The notes beneath the pieces were generated by a model. The model was not told the origin of the DNA and did not search any database. It saw only the letters and a program-made list of their open reading frames with translations. The position numbers and the translations under genes are program-made. A DNA stretch of 47,942 nt. It comes from Candidatus Roizmanbacteria bacterium RIFCSPHIGHO2_02_FULL_40_13b (GTDB taxonomy: Bacteria; Patescibacteriota; Microgenomatia; UBA1406; HO2-37-13b). Where the stretch lies: contig MFZQ01000029.1 in the NCBI GenBank assembly GCA_001789445.1, positions 1-47,942 of the forward strand, read 5' to 3'. Below, in pieces: positions 14,408 through 23,590 of the stretch (the first letter of the stretch is position 1; the number at the start of each line of letters is the position of its first letter).

Positions 14408-15863
14408 CAAAAATATTGTAGCAAAAAATCTGCCATTTACACTCATTTTCGCAATTGCCGCTTTTTTACGATTATTTCGAGTTGAGGAATTTATTACATT
14501 TTTATCTGATCAAGGAAGAGATGCGCTCATTATTAAGGATATTGTTACTTTTAAGCATTTTCCTCTTATTGGAGCGCCCACATCGATTGGGCAGGTTTTT
14601 TTAGGCCCCGCATACTACTATTTTGTGGCCCCGTTCCTTCTAATTTACAACTTTAATCCAGCTGGCCTAGCCTACGGAGTCGCATTTTACATGCTTATTG
14701 GGATCATTGCTTGCTATGTACTAATTAAGCGTGAAGTTGATGTACAGGTTGCACTCCTATTTTCACTCATAACTGCTTTTTCAGCCGTAAATATTACTCT
14801 CTCTCGATTTTCATGGAACCCAAATCTGTTACCCCTTTCCTCATTTTTCGCACTTTTCTCTTTGTATAAATTGATGAAGGATCGATCGGTAATAGCTGGA
14901 GTATTTTTTGGATTTTTTCTTGGGTTATCGTTCCAATTCCACTATCTCGCACTCTTCCTCTTGCCGTCAATAGGTATTGTATATCTATTTTTCCTCTACA
15001 AACATAAGGTATTTAAGAGTTTTCGCACGCTATTCTTCGTCCCGCTACTTTCTTTCATTGTTACTATAAGTCCACTCGTTTTTTTTGATCTGCGCCATGG
15101 ATTTATTAATAGTAAAAATTTTATTACGCTCTTTTCTATTCAAAAAGATGTACCACACGAACTTTTTTCCACCAAGTTTTTGAACGTAAACAGTGCATTT
15201 TACAGCCTTTTTTTTAATATTCCAGTGAGTATAAGCTTAGCTCTTCTCATAAGTCTCCTAGTCTTAATCGTATATCTATTAATCTCAAAAAGAAAAAAGG
15301 TCTCATTGTTAATTCATATAAATTTCCTTACCTTTTTTCTTTTTATAATCTCTTTCTCTCTCGTCCAAACTCCTCGACATATTCATTATTTCACACCGAT
15401 ATATTTTAGCTTCACACTTGTACTGGCATATTTTTTGGCACAAATTGCCTCAATGAAGGGAAAGTGGATTGTAATAGTATCGCTTATTCTCGTACTATTC
15501 ATATATCAAAATGTGTATACACTTCCGTTTTTTTCCCCGGCTGGGAACGGACAAATTAAGCATGCGCAAACGGTGGCGGAGTTTATGCTTCCTAAAATTG
15601 GAGATAAACCATTTAACATAGCGGTGTGGCCAGTATATTTTAGTGAAGACAATTATGTTTACTTTTTAAGTCTTGCGGGTCACACGCCGGCAGACAGAGC
15701 AAAAGTGGAGGTGACGGATCAGATGTTTGTCCTGTGTAATGAGGAGCCGTGTTTAGTACTAAATTCTCCTTCGTGGAACATTTCTATGTTTGGACGTGCG
15801 GAAATTGATAAAATATGGATTGTTGAAGGGATAAAAATTTACAAACTCGTCCATGCAAAATAA
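14394..15863 (+). CDS. GT-C-like polytopic membrane glycosyltransferase (ArnT/GT39-like; paralog of 34653)
   Basis: 489 aa, more than 10 TM segments. The first-loop motif SDQGRDALIIKDIV parallels YDQGRDFLKAEEIV in 34653-36188. Confidence 0.7.
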   Translation: MKRFIKNIVAKNLPFTLIFAIAAFLRLFRVEEFITFLSDQGRDALIIKDIVTFKHFPLIGAPTSIGQVFLGPAYYYFVAPFLLIYNFNPAGLAYGVAFYMLIGIIACYVLIKREVDVQVALLFSLITAFSAVNITLSRFSWNPNLLPLSSFFALFSLYKLMKDRSVIAGVFFGFFLGLSFQFHYLALFLLPSIGIVYLFFLYKHKVFKSFRTLFFVPLLSFIVTISPLVFFDLRHGFINSKNFITLFSIQKDVPHELFSTKFLNVNSAFYSLFFNIPVSISLALLISLLVLIVYLLISKRKKVSLLIHINFLTFFLFIISFSLVQTPRHIHYFTPIYFSFTLVLAYFLAQIASMKGKWIVIVSLILVLFIYQNVYTLPFFSPAGNGQIKHAQTVAEFMLPKIGDKPFNIAVWPVYFSEDNYVYFLSLAGHTPADRAKVEVTDQMFVLCNEEPCLVLNSPSWNISMFGRAEIDKIWIVEGIKIYKLVHAK

Positions 15864-16605
15864 CGTATCACTAATCATTCCTTGTTTCAACGAGGAGGCA
15901 AATATTCAAAAAGGGGTACTTGATAAGATCGGGAATTACACACGACATCACGATGAATATTACGAAGTAATAATTGTTGACGATGGTTCTACAGATGATT
16001 CGGCCGTAATAATAAAAAATGAGTATCTTTCCGATTTTCCAAAATTTCGATTGATTGAGAATAAACATGCGGGGAAAGGGGAAGCGGTGATTGCTGGAAT
16101 TGAGGCGGCAAAAGGAGACGCTGTTCTTTTTGCGGACATTGATTTGGCGACCCCACTTGAGGAAGCGAGTAAACTTCTCGAGGAAACTAGAGACGAGTTC
16201 CCTATCGTTATTGGGTCCCGAAAGAGTGGGCGCATTGGCGCACCAATACTTCGAAAACTGCAATCTGCTGGATTTATTATCATTCGGGATATTTTCTTAG
16301 GTTTGGGTGGAATTAGAGATACCCAATGTGGCTTTAAGCTATTCAGGACAAAGGAAGCAATGGAGATTATCTCGAGGCTACAGGTTTTTGGGAAAAATTA
16401 TAAGGTGGAAGGCTCCTCTGTTTCTGCTGGATTTGACTTAGAATTTTTATTTATTGCACGAAAATTAGGATATGGCATAAAAGAGGTTCCCGTGCGCTGG
16501 AAACATGTAGAGACGAAGAATGTGAAGTTTATAAAAGATACCGTGGAGACACTTAAAGACTTGGCACAAATAAAATATTATTCGATCACGGGACGATATG
16601 ACTAA
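15853..16605 (+). CDS. GT2 polyprenyl-phosphate glycosyltransferase (DPM1/ALG5/ArnC-like)
   Basis: 250 aa: SLIIPCFNEE, VDDGSTDDS, FADIDLATP (DxD) and DTQCGFKLF. Confidence 0.9.
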   Translation: MQNNVSLIIPCFNEEANIQKGVLDKIGNYTRHHDEYYEVIIVDDGSTDDSAVIIKNEYLSDFPKFRLIENKHAGKGEAVIAGIEAAKGDAVLFADIDLATPLEEASKLLEETRDEFPIVIGSRKSGRIGAPILRKLQSAGFIIIRDIFLGLGGIRDTQCGFKLFRTKEAMEIISRLQVFGKNYKVEGSSVSAGFDLEFLFIARKLGYGIKEVPVRWKHVETKNVKFIKDTVETLKDLAQIKYYSITGRYD

Positions 16606-18043
16606 ATATTTACGCATCGTCTTCTTTTTTCTAGTATCTCTCTACCTTCTATCCTCCATTATCAACCTTCAAGGTTCATATTTATACGATTGGGATGAAG
16701 CGATTTATGCACAAGTCGGGAGGGAAATGGTGGCGAATAAGACGATTTTTGGGGTGTGGAATGGGGCACCGTGGCTTGAAAAGCCACCGCTTGTTCCTCT
16801 AATTTCTGGATTATTTATGAAGTTTCCATTAGGATCAACCGAGTTTTTGGCTCGTCTCCCCTCTTTTCTCGCAGGACTTGGAGTGCTATATCTACTCTTT
16901 AAGATTTTGAAAGAGAAGTTCAAGAAAGAGTATCTGAAGTATTTTACCATTACAACCACATTTCTCTTGCTTTCAGCTCCATTTATGAATAGGATGACTT
17001 CGTTAAATACAGACATCTTCCTCGTCTTCGGCTGGCTCGGATTTTATTATTACTACAAAAAGAGTTTCGTCGCCTCAACACTCTTTCTTTTCATAGCTGT
17101 CATGTCGAAATCTTTCCTCGGCTTTTTCCCAATTCTTGTAATTCTGATAGAATCTGTCATTCTTGAGCGAAGCGATAGAATCTCAACCGTCATCCTGAAT
17201 CGCCGGCTGGCAGTGAAGGATCTCGGTGTGGCTGTATTAATCAGTCTTACTTGGTTTTTTCTTGCTTTCCTCCGCTTCGGAAATCTTTTCCTCCAAGAAA
17301 ACCTTTATGACCATCTCGTCGCTCGGGTTGTAAAGCCTGTAGAGCTTCACTACGGCGGCTATCTCTTTTATCCAAAGCTCCTTTTTAGCTATTACAATAT
17401 TTTTCTCATACTGATAATAATCTCAATTGCCTATATTCTCTATTCACTCGTAGAGCGAAAGAGAAAGGAACTACTTTTTATTCCGCTCTTTTTAATGTAT
17501 GGAGCCATCATTTCGCTCGCCAAAACGAAGTTGAACTGGTATATTTTTCCAATTCTCCCATTCCTTGGGCTCTCATTCTCGATATTAATAATGGATTTCT
17601 TGAAGAAGTTTAAAATTAAAGATACTGTACTTTGGCTAGTATTATCAGTAATTTTCTTTGTTGGAGTCTTTGTAAGCGGAGGATTTACGCTTCGTTTGCA
17701 CAAGGAGAAGCCAACGGATCTGGTTTCACTTGCGCTTTACGCAAAAACAAAATGCAGAAGTACAGCGATCGTTGCAAATAATGATGAGCAGAAGTTTTTT
17801 GATGTTATTAACGCGGCAAATGTGCAGATTTCATCAACATTCCGCTATGGGGGATCCCCTTCATTTCGATTTTACGCTGACCAGCTAGTGCTTTATAAAT
17901 ACGATAAAACTCCAAATCGCGACATAGTTGATCACACTGATTGTGTAATTATTCCCCTAGACTCTCATTTCTTATTTAAATCTAAAGATTGGGAAGTAAG
18001 CACCCAAAAAGACGGATTCGTATTGTATAAGCAGATAAATTGA
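16598..18043 (+). CDS. GT39/ArnT-PMT-family GT-C glycosyltransferase
   Basis: 481 aa. First-loop signature YDWDEAIYAQVGREM...PWLEKPPL is typical of ArnT/PMT_2. Polytopic. Confidence 0.85.
   Translation: MTKYLRIVFFFLVSLYLLSSIINLQGSYLYDWDEAIYAQVGREMVANKTIFGVWNGAPWLEKPPLVPLISGLFMKFPLGSTEFLARLPSFLAGLGVLYLLFKILKEKFKKEYLKYFTITTTFLLLSAPFMNRMTSLNTDIFLVFGWLGFYYYYKKSFVASTLFLFIAVMSKSFLGFFPILVILIESVILERSDRISTVILNRRLAVKDLGVAVLISLTWFFLAFLRFGNLFLQENLYDHLVARVVKPVELHYGGYLFYPKLLFSYYNIFLILIIISIAYILYSLVERKRKELLFIPLFLMYGAIISLAKTKLNWYIFPILPFLGLSFSILIMDFLKKFKIKDTVLWLVLSVIFFVGVFVSGGFTLRLHKEKPTDLVSLALYAKTKCRSTAIVANNDEQKFFDVINAANVQISSTFRYGGSPSFRFYADQLVLYKYDKTPNRDIVDHTDCVIIPLDSHFLFKSKDWEVSTQKDGFVLYKQIN
17166..17232. 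repeat. two adjacent GTCAT...GATC hairpin mini-elements inside the CDS
   Basis: GTCATTCTTGAGCGAAGCGATAGAATC and GTCATCCTGAATCGCCGGCTGGCAGTGAAGGATC are translated as VILERSDRISTVILNRRLAVKDL. The trailing ATCTCGGTGTGG is shared with 33631-33642. Confidence 0.7.
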
Positions 18044-18055
18044 TATAATGAAATC

Positions 18056-19555
18056 ATGTTTGACATTTGGGCCGTTGCAAGGAATATAAAGAGTAAGTTT
18101 AATAGGAACGATCTTCTACTCACAATAAGTCTACTGATCGGTTATTTTCTTACTCGTACCATCAATCTTTCAAAGTTTCCGGTATTCTCCGATGAAGCGA
18201 TCTATATTCATTGGGCCAAGGTTGCGTGGCATGACGCTAGTTGGCGATTTATTTCCTTAACTGACGGTAAACAACCACTCCAAACATGGGGAACAATCCC
18301 TTTTTTAAAGCTATTTCAATCTGACGCACTCCTTGCCGGCCGCATGTTTTCTGTATTTACTGGATTGTTTGCACTTGTTGGAGTTTTTTGTCTCATCTAC
18401 TATCTATTTGGTAAGAGAACAGCTTTTATCGGCTCCTTTTTATACGTAATTACCCCATATTTCCTTTTTTACGATCGCATGGCGCTTGTTGATAGTGGGG
18501 TAAACGGCTTTTTTATATGGATTATTCTCCTAAGTCTTATTCTTGTTGATACCGTACGGCTTGATATCGCACTCATTTTGGGATTACTCTCGGGCGTTGG
18601 ACTGCTTGCGAAGTCTTCAGTTCGGCTTTTTTTACTTCTAGGATATGGAGCAGTGATACTTACATTTAAGTCATCAAGAAAAATAATGAACTTCAGCATT
18701 CTCTTCGGTGTTTCAGTTGTCCTCGCACTCATTATCTATAACGTTCAGCGACTTTCTCCTTTTTTCCAGTTCGTTTCACAGAAGAATAATACATTTATCA
18801 TGTCCGTGGGGGAGTTATTGAGTAGTCCTTTTGCATTTTTCTTCACCAATATTGTGCACATCCCCTATTTTGTTTTTTCTGAAATGGGTTATATTGTTGC
18901 GCTTTTCGGAGTTGTTGGCCTTTTCCTTCTTTTTAAGAATAAGAATAAATATGCGATTTATTTCACGATATTGCTTATAATTCCATTGATAATTATTTCA
19001 TGTATCTCGAAGATTCTCTTTCCACGATATATCATTTTCTTCGGAACAACGCTCACTATTCTTGCATCATATTTCCTATCTCAACTTAAAGATAAGAAAA
19101 ATCTCCTAATCTCAATAAGTCTCATTCTAGTCTCTGTTCTGTATTTTGATTACACATTGCTTTTTGATAATGCGAAAGTTCCATTTCCGGGGGTTGATCG
19201 CGGGCAATATTTGGAAGGCTGGCCGGCAGGCTGGGGAGCACGGGATATTGTGGAATATGCGAAGAATCACTCGACGGGCAGAAGAATCACATTTCTTGCA
19301 GAAGGGGATTTTGGGATGACTGGAGATGTATTGGATACATTTATTTTACCGACAGATAATATCGGTATCAAAGGATTTTGGCCCCTGGGTGAAGAGCATT
19401 TGTTTGCCAGTCAAAAACTCTTAGAAAAAGAAGACGTGTATGTTGTGTTTGGACATCGAAGTAAGTTTCCAAAGCACTGGCCGCTTACTTTAATTAAACG
19501 GTATGAGAAACCAGGAAATAAATCTGCTATTTATTTCTTTAAACTTACACCGTGA
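18056..19555 (+). CDS. GT-C glycosyltransferase (ArnT/GT39-like)
   Basis: 499 aa. FPVFSDEAIYIHWA first-loop motif, polytopic. TGATATAAT lies 6 nt upstream of the ATG. Confidence 0.8.
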   Translation: MFDIWAVARNIKSKFNRNDLLLTISLLIGYFLTRTINLSKFPVFSDEAIYIHWAKVAWHDASWRFISLTDGKQPLQTWGTIPFLKLFQSDALLAGRMFSVFTGLFALVGVFCLIYYLFGKRTAFIGSFLYVITPYFLFYDRMALVDSGVNGFFIWIILLSLILVDTVRLDIALILGLLSGVGLLAKSSVRLFLLLGYGAVILTFKSSRKIMNFSILFGVSVVLALIIYNVQRLSPFFQFVSQKNNTFIMSVGELLSSPFAFFFTNIVHIPYFVFSEMGYIVALFGVVGLFLLFKNKNKYAIYFTILLIIPLIIISCISKILFPRYIIFFGTTLTILASYFLSQLKDKKNLLISISLILVSVLYFDYTLLFDNAKVPFPGVDRGQYLEGWPAGWGARDIVEYAKNHSTGRRITFLAEGDFGMTGDVLDTFILPTDNIGIKGFWPLGEEHLFASQKLLEKEDVYVVFGHRSKFPKHWPLTLIKRYEKPGNKSAIYFFKLTP

Positions 19556-21237
19556 TGAAACTGCTTGCAAAATTGCAAAAATGGTGGATGGTTTTCGTTA
19601 TACTTCTAATATTTTTTTATCTGGGGTCCAGTGTAAGTCCAACAAGTAAGTCGATGTTCACGTTTCATGATGAAACACAAGCGGCCCGAGTTGAGCAGTT
19701 TACTCAAAATCTTACAAGTTTCCATATTCCGCCTCGTATGGCTCCGGAATTTTCGTATGGAATGGGGTATCCGGTTTTTAATTTCTATGCACCGTTTGCA
19801 TATTATGTCACGAGTATTTTAAATATACTTGGATTATCTGTCATAGCCGCACTCAAAACATCATTTCTTTTAGCACTTTTGGGAGCATTTCTAGGAATGT
19901 ATTTGTTTCTAAAGGAGCTTTTTGATAAGTCGAGTGCACTTTTTGGAGCAACTCTCTACATAACATCTTCATTTATTCCAGTTGAGATATTTGTTCGGGG
20001 AAATTTGTCTGAAATGTGGTTTATCGCTTTATTTCCAATAACACTTTTTCTTCTAGTCAAGAACAGCAAGGTATTCACTAAAAAGACTTTTTTCTTAACG
20101 ACCGTTTTCATCTCGTTTCTCCTAACTTCTCATAATGTTTTTTCGTTACTTTCGTTTCTTATAGTTCCACTTTTTATAAGTATCTTAGCAAATAAGAAAA
20201 GGAACTATCTTGTTTTTGCACTTGGAGCGCTCATGGCCTCATACTTTATTATCCCAGCAGTTTTGGAATCAGGGCTGACGTATGCGTCTACGATAGCAAC
20301 GCAAACTCATTTCGCTGATAACTTTCTCTGTATTAAGCAATTATGGAGTAGTCCGTGGGGATTTGGCGGAAGTACCCCAGGCTGTGTGTCCGATGGAATG
20401 TCCTTCGCTCTGGGCAAACCGCAGATAATCTTTGGACTATTTGGAGGAGTAATTCTCCTATATAACCTTTTAAAGAGAAAACAATTTAACCCCACTTCGC
20501 CCGAGGCTTCGCGAGGGCGCAGCAATTTAACAATTTTTGTCTCAATTCTTACAGTAGTCTCTCTGTCTCTCAGTCTCCACGAGTCTCAGTTCATCTGGAA
20601 TCTCTTTTCTCCTGTTCTAAGCTTATTCCAGTTTCCATGGAGATTTCTTGTATTTGGAGTTTTCGGTTTAGCATATCTCGGAGCCTTCGGTTTTTTCTCT
20701 GTTTTGTTCTCTACTCCTCTTCGCCTCCGCCCCCCCCAATCACCCTATCCCCTCCTCCTCTCCTCAATTCTTTCAGTAGTCCTCATATTATCAGCATCTT
20801 TTCTTTACAAAGGCCAATCTCTCCCCAATACTATCTATGAAAGTAAGTACTTATCCGAAAATTACGTTCATAATCAGGTCGCATACAAAATTCCAGAGTA
20901 TTTACCCAAAACTGCCGACTATTTGGTTTGGAGAAGTTTTGAAAACAAAAATACTTTACCATATAGTGACGGTCAATTTGTAAAGAGCTCATTAAATATC
21001 CACTACTTCCCATTTTGGCGTATAGAAGTTGATGGAACAGAAGTGATTCCAACTAAGTTTGATAGTTTAGGTCGACCTCTTTTAGATTTAGAAAAAGGGA
21101 GCAAAGTTTTAGTCACCTATCAACAAACAACAATTGAACAATTTAGCAATTTAGCAACGATAATTACTTTTTTTTCATTACTAGGATTAATCTTTTATAA
21201 ACTATTATGGATGAAGATACAAAAAATAAAGAATTAA
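19555..21237 (+). CDS. large polytopic membrane protein, GT-C-like (paralog of 25389-27077)
   Basis: The ORF-track start at 19552 is GTG. ATG at 19555 overlaps the upstream TGA (TGATG). The N-terminal loop FHDETQAARVEQF...PPRMAPEFSYGMGYPVFNFYAPFAYY parallels HMDGRVHITTITQF...GMPVPLVAHQL in 25389-27077. Confidence 0.7.
   Translation: MKLLAKLQKWWMVFVILLIFFYLGSSVSPTSKSMFTFHDETQAARVEQFTQNLTSFHIPPRMAPEFSYGMGYPVFNFYAPFAYYVTSILNILGLSVIAALKTSFLLALLGAFLGMYLFLKELFDKSSALFGATLYITSSFIPVEIFVRGNLSEMWFIALFPITLFLLVKNSKVFTKKTFFLTTVFISFLLTSHNVFSLLSFLIVPLFISILANKKRNYLVFALGALMASYFIIPAVLESGLTYASTIATQTHFADNFLCIKQLWSSPWGFGGSTPGCVSDGMSFALGKPQIIFGLFGGVILLYNLLKRKQFNPTSPEASRGRSNLTIFVSILTVVSLSLSLHESQFIWNLFSPVLSLFQFPWRFLVFGVFGLAYLGAFGFFSVLFSTPLRLRPPQSPYPLLLSSILSVVLILSASFLYKGQSLPNTIYESKYLSENYVHNQVAYKIPEYLPKTADYLVWRSFENKNTLPYSDGQFVKSSLNIHYFPFWRIEVDGTEVIPTKFDSLGRPLLDLEKGSKVLVTYQQTTIEQFSNLATIITFFSLLGLIFYKLLWMKIQKIKN
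20481..20592. repeat. composite repeat patch inside the CDS: CAATTTAAC, GC hairpin, CAATTTAACAATT, then GTCTC-type repeats
   Basis: ACAATTTAAC-CCCACTTCGCCCGAGGCTTCGCGAGGGCGCAG-CAATTTAACAATTT ... GTCTCTCTGTCTCTCAGTCTCCACGAGTCTCAG, translated as QFNPTSPEASRGRSNLTI...VSLSLSLHESQ. Confidence 0.7.
20716..20765. repeat. 50-nt CT-rich dispersed element, copy B (inside the CDS)
   Basis: CCTCTTCGCCTCCGCCCCCCCCAATCACCCTATCCCCTCCTCCTCTCCTC is translated as PLRLRPPQSPYPLLLS. It matches 911-960. Confidence 0.7.
21131..21158. repeat. CAATTKNN octamer-type repeat copy (in CDS)
   Basis: CAATTGAACAATTTAGCAATTTAGCAAC, translated as IEQFSNLAT. Confidence 0.6.
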
Positions 21238-22655
21238 AACAAAAAACCGTTGTTTCCGCATTCAGTCTTTTTTTTCAGAGCGGATTTAGCGCAGTACTCG
21301 GGCTTGTTGCAAATCTTGTTCTAACAATTTTGCTCGCACCCGCCGTTTTTGGAATTTATATAACCGTACTTTCACTTATATCGCTTTTAAATTATTTTTC
21401 CGACATCGGTCTTGCAGCCTCGCTCGTTCAAAAACATGAAGTTTCCTCCGAAGACATTTCAACAACATTTACGGTTCAACAGACACTCATTATTTCAATT
21501 ATTTCCATTGGATTTTTGTTCACCAATTTTGTAACGAATTTTTACAAATTGCCTCCTGCTGGAGTTCATTTATACTGGGCGCTATTGCTTTCATTTTTTA
21601 TTTCTTCACTGAAAACAATCCCATCAATTCTACTTGAGCGCAAAATTCAATTTCAAAAAATTGCGTTTGTGCAAATAACAGAAAATGTGGTTTTTTATAT
21701 TGCAGTTGTTGTGTTTGCAATCCTTAATTATAATCTTGCAAGTTTCACATACGCAGTTATTTTGCGAGCGCTCACTGGTTTAATTCTCATCTATACCATC
21801 TCTTTCTGGAAGCCAACTATTGGAATCTCAAAAGCAAGTTTAAAGAAACTTCTTTCATTTGGAATTCCATTTCAGGCAAGTTCATTTCTTGCGCTATTTA
21901 AAGATGATTTAATTATTCTTTTTTTGAGCAAAGTGCTCGGATTTAGTGTGGTTGGTTACATTGGTTGGGCGAAAAAATGGGCAGAAACGCCAATTCGGGT
22001 AATTATGGATAATTTAAGCCGTGTACTTTTCCCTGTTATTGCCAGAATTCAGAATGATCATGAAAAAGTTTCTCGACTTATAGAAAAAATATTATATTAC
22101 CAAACTATGCTTCTTGCACCCGCGATTTTTGGACTATTTATGACAATGCCAGTACTCGTTGAGCTTATTCCTAAGTATTCAAAATGGGCCCCTGCACTTC
22201 CACTTTTCTACATTTTCTGTGTTGCAGCATTCTTCTCATCATACTCAACACCATTTATGAATTTGTTCAATGCGCTTGGAAAAGTCAAGATTTCTTTCGC
22301 ATTCATGCTTTTTTGGACGGTGACCACATGGATTCTCACTCCATTTTTCACCACCATGTTTGGCATGATTGGATTCCCAATTACACAACTACTTCTTGCC
22401 GTAAGCTCGATTATGGTTATTTGGAGGGCGAAGAAGCTTGTCAAATTCAGATTTATTCATTCTGTTAATAAACCACTTTTTGCAACCGCGGCAATGGTAC
22501 TATTTATTTATACAATTATGAGAATAATGCCGGTAACAAGTATCAGTTTAGGGGTAAGTATCATTGGTGGCGGGGTACTCTATTTGGGAATTTTATTATT
22601 TGTGTTTAGGATTAATCCGGCAACCGAACTTAAATCACTTTTCAATAATGAATAA
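21207..22655 (+). CDS. Wzx-like oligo/polysaccharide flippase (MOP superfamily)
   Basis: 482 aa, about 12-14 TM segments. Overall layout of polysaccharide biosynthesis (Polysacc_synt) proteins. Embedded among GT genes. Confidence 0.75.
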   Translation: MDEDTKNKELKQKTVVSAFSLFFQSGFSAVLGLVANLVLTILLAPAVFGIYITVLSLISLLNYFSDIGLAASLVQKHEVSSEDISTTFTVQQTLIISIISIGFLFTNFVTNFYKLPPAGVHLYWALLLSFFISSLKTIPSILLERKIQFQKIAFVQITENVVFYIAVVVFAILNYNLASFTYAVILRALTGLILIYTISFWKPTIGISKASLKKLLSFGIPFQASSFLALFKDDLIILFLSKVLGFSVVGYIGWAKKWAETPIRVIMDNLSRVLFPVIARIQNDHEKVSRLIEKILYYQTMLLAPAIFGLFMTMPVLVELIPKYSKWAPALPLFYIFCVAAFFSSYSTPFMNLFNALGKVKISFAFMLFWTVTTWILTPFFTTMFGMIGFPITQLLLAVSSIMVIWRAKKLVKFRFIHSVNKPLFATAAMVLFIYTIMRIMPVTSISLGVSIIGGGVLYLGILLFVFRINPATELKSLFNNE

Positions 22656-22681
22656 CAGTTTAACAATTTAGTAATTTAACA
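22656..22681. repeat. CAATTT-type repeat filling the gap between the stop codon and the next ATG
   Basis: CAGTTTAACAATTTAGTAATTTAACA immediately precedes the ATG at 22682. Confidence 0.6.
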
Positions 22682-23590
22682 ATGTCCAACATAACCGCAA
22701 TCATCGTCGTCAAAGGAAATCCAGAACATCTAGGTGAGACGCTTGATTCGATAAAAACTTTCGCGGATGAGATACTAATCGGTGACATAGGAATCGATAA
22801 GAAAGTTCTGGACGAACTTCGTATCACTTCGATTATTCGAATAATCGAAGTAAAGCGGGAAGTTGCGTATGTTGAGCTTGTGCGAGATGAGTTGCAAAAA
22901 CAAGCAACACATGAATATGTTTTAGTTCTTGATCCGGATGAAATTGTTCCTCAAAAGCTCATCTTTGCATTAAGAAAGAGTATGGGCGAGTACGACTATG
23001 TAAAGATTCCTCGGAAAAATATTATTTTTGGAAAATGGATTCAACATTCTCGCTGGTGGCCCGATTATCAGGTGCGGTTTTTCAAAAAAGGCGCTGTTTC
23101 ATGGCCGAAAATTATTCATGCACAACCGGCAACTTCTGGTAAAGAACTGATTCTTGAGGCGAATGAGGAAATGGCGCTCATACATTACAACTACAAAGAC
23201 TTGAATGAGTATCTATCGAAGGCTTCTCGATATGCGGCGGCGGAAGCGGCAGAAGACATTGTGAAAGGGGAGCCGGCGACATTTAAGTTTTATAGCAAAA
23301 AGGCGCTCTCCGAGTTTGTGAGTAGGTATTTTGCCCATGACGGGTATAAGGATGGAATGCATGGATTCACCCTCGCATTTTTACAAATGATGTACTATTT
23401 CTTGGTATATTTTTATGTTTTGGAAGAGCGGAAATTTGAAAAAGTGTCGGATGAGAATATTTTGAAAGGTTTAATACAATTCTTTTCAAGTGCTTTATAT
23501 GAAACAACACATTGGAGTAAACAAAAAGGACTCGTAAAAATTTCATTACTTAAGTCAAAACTACAAAATGCAATTCATAAACTTTCATGA
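22682..23590 (+). CDS. GT2-family glycosyltransferase (paralog of 36173)
   Basis: 302 aa: ITAIIVVKGNPEHL..., LVLDPDE (DxD), WWPDYQVRFF, HYNYKDLNEYLSKASRYA. The same architecture is seen in 36173-36955. Confidence 0.8.
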   Translation: MSNITAIIVVKGNPEHLGETLDSIKTFADEILIGDIGIDKKVLDELRITSIIRIIEVKREVAYVELVRDELQKQATHEYVLVLDPDEIVPQKLIFALRKSMGEYDYVKIPRKNIIFGKWIQHSRWWPDYQVRFFKKGAVSWPKIIHAQPATSGKELILEANEEMALIHYNYKDLNEYLSKASRYAAAEAAEDIVKGEPATFKFYSKKALSEFVSRYFAHDGYKDGMHGFTLAFLQMMYYFLVYFYVLEERKFEKVSDENILKGLIQFFSSALYETTHWSKQKGLVKISLLKSKLQNAIHKLS

